Source: Vicugna vicugna (Eukaryota). Taken from it: a stretch of DNA of 64,000 nt. The stretch is taken from the NCBI GenBank assembly GCA_013265495.1, contig MU057887.1:2513576-2577575 (forward strand), written 5' to 3'. Shown in pieces: positions 62,990 through 64,000 of the stretch. Below the pieces are notes generated by a model that did not search any database, was not told the origin of the DNA, and saw nothing but the letters and a program-made list of their open reading frames with translations. Position 1 is the stretch's first letter. Each line of letters opens with the position of its first letter. Position numbers and translations under genes: made by a program.

Positions 62990-63750
62990 GCGGATGGCGT
63001 GAACCGTGGGGCGGACGGGCGCCTGCTGCGCCCTCCGGCTCAGCCTGCCCGCTGGGCTCGCGCGGAAAACGTTTCCCGCCTCCCGGCGCTGTGCAAGGGG
63101 TTCAGCTTTTCTCCTGTAAGTAAAACGTTTGTTCCCCCCAAGCACTGGCAGGGCTGGGCTGGAGCCTCGCCGGAGGCACGTGATGATGACGAGGCGTGGG
63201 AGAGGCCGGGGTCTTTGGGGCGCGCGGGACACACCCCAACGCGGACGCGGCGGGCAGACGTGCCCCCACCTCGTCACGCACGGAGACGGGAGGAAGGCTG
63301 GCGGCTTCGAGGACGGCCCTCCCGGCCCCCCTGGCGGAGGCCGGCCCCCCGCCGGGGCAAGCCTGCGCCCTGACCGCTGGGATCCCGAGCGGAAGCCTCT
63401 GTGCTCGGCCTTGGCCCTGAGATGCGCACACTCGGACCACCTCATCGCCGTGCGATGCTCCGCAGCAGGCGCGCTGCTGAGGGTGAAACCTCTTACAATA
63501 AACAAACAAGTTGGCTCTACAAAGACGATCACCAGAGACGTGGCTCCACGGAGCTGCTGCCCTTCCTGGGCGGCGGACCTCCGCACATCTCCGCCCGGCC
63601 CGGCGCACGGACGCCAGGTGTCTGGCGGCGGCTGCGGGGACCCGGAGCCGCCCGGGGAAACAAAAGCCAGGTCTCTCCGCTTAGCTTCCCGACGGCACCT
63701 GACTGGGGCGACCTGGAGACAAGTGGGCGCAGGGCTCTGAGTGACACCGC
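62990..63750. promoter_or_regulatory. CpG island
   Basis: Dense CpG, preceded by an AT-rich block (62850-62950) with FOX-like GTAAACA/ATAAACA motifs. Confidence 0.5.
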
Positions 63751-64000
63751 GCTTTGTCACGGCAGCTCTCACTGCAGCCTGACTTCTCACACCAGCTCCC
63801 TCTCAACCTCGACGGGCTGGTCCTCGCCCCAGCGTGGCTCTGGCCTCCCCGGCGGACTGCCCACTGGGGGACAACGAATTTGCTCTCTGGGACCCAAGAG
63901 GTCTCCAGAACGCTGCAGAAATTCAGGGCAGGGAGGAAAGGCAGAAATTTCATCCAAACTCTAGAGGCTTTCTCTAACACGCTGAGACACGACAGACACT

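Noticed and set aside
1..64000. Hundreds of 60-290 aa ORFs in the track
   Set aside because: They overlap in all frames, are rich in P/G/R/A, often lack ATG starts and show no recognisable domains, as expected from GC-rich mammalian DNA.

Overview
This is mammalian, GC-rich, mostly non-coding genomic DNA with two assembly gaps (45487-45529 and 62179-62286). The repeats are old eutherian L1M-type LINEs, L2, MIR, MaLR/ERV LTRs and a MER58-like hAT element, plus several short, younger cetartiodactyl-type L1 3' ends. I saw no Alu, Bov-A/tA, CHR or PRE-1 SINEs, so a camelid is my best inference. I recognise no known protein-coding gene, RNA gene, CRISPR array or prokaryotic system, and the ORF track is essentially GC-driven noise. 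Four things stand out. (1) Old repeats show strong but patchy A/T->G/C erosion, including a CpG-island-like stretch built from an L1 ORF2 endonuclease relic (~45.0-45.5 kb). (2) A possible compact minus-strand multi-exon gene or pseudogene lies at ~38.2-39.6 kb, directly behind three tightly packed palindromes. (3) There are candidate regulatory elements: an exact REST/RE1 match, RFX, MEF2 and CTCF motifs, and Cdx/posterior-Hox and TCF/LEF clusters. (4) There is an indel-free 21-bp minisatellite, plus isolated strong exon signals suggesting lncRNA. Repeat family names come from recalled consensus sequences, and their boundaries are approximate.
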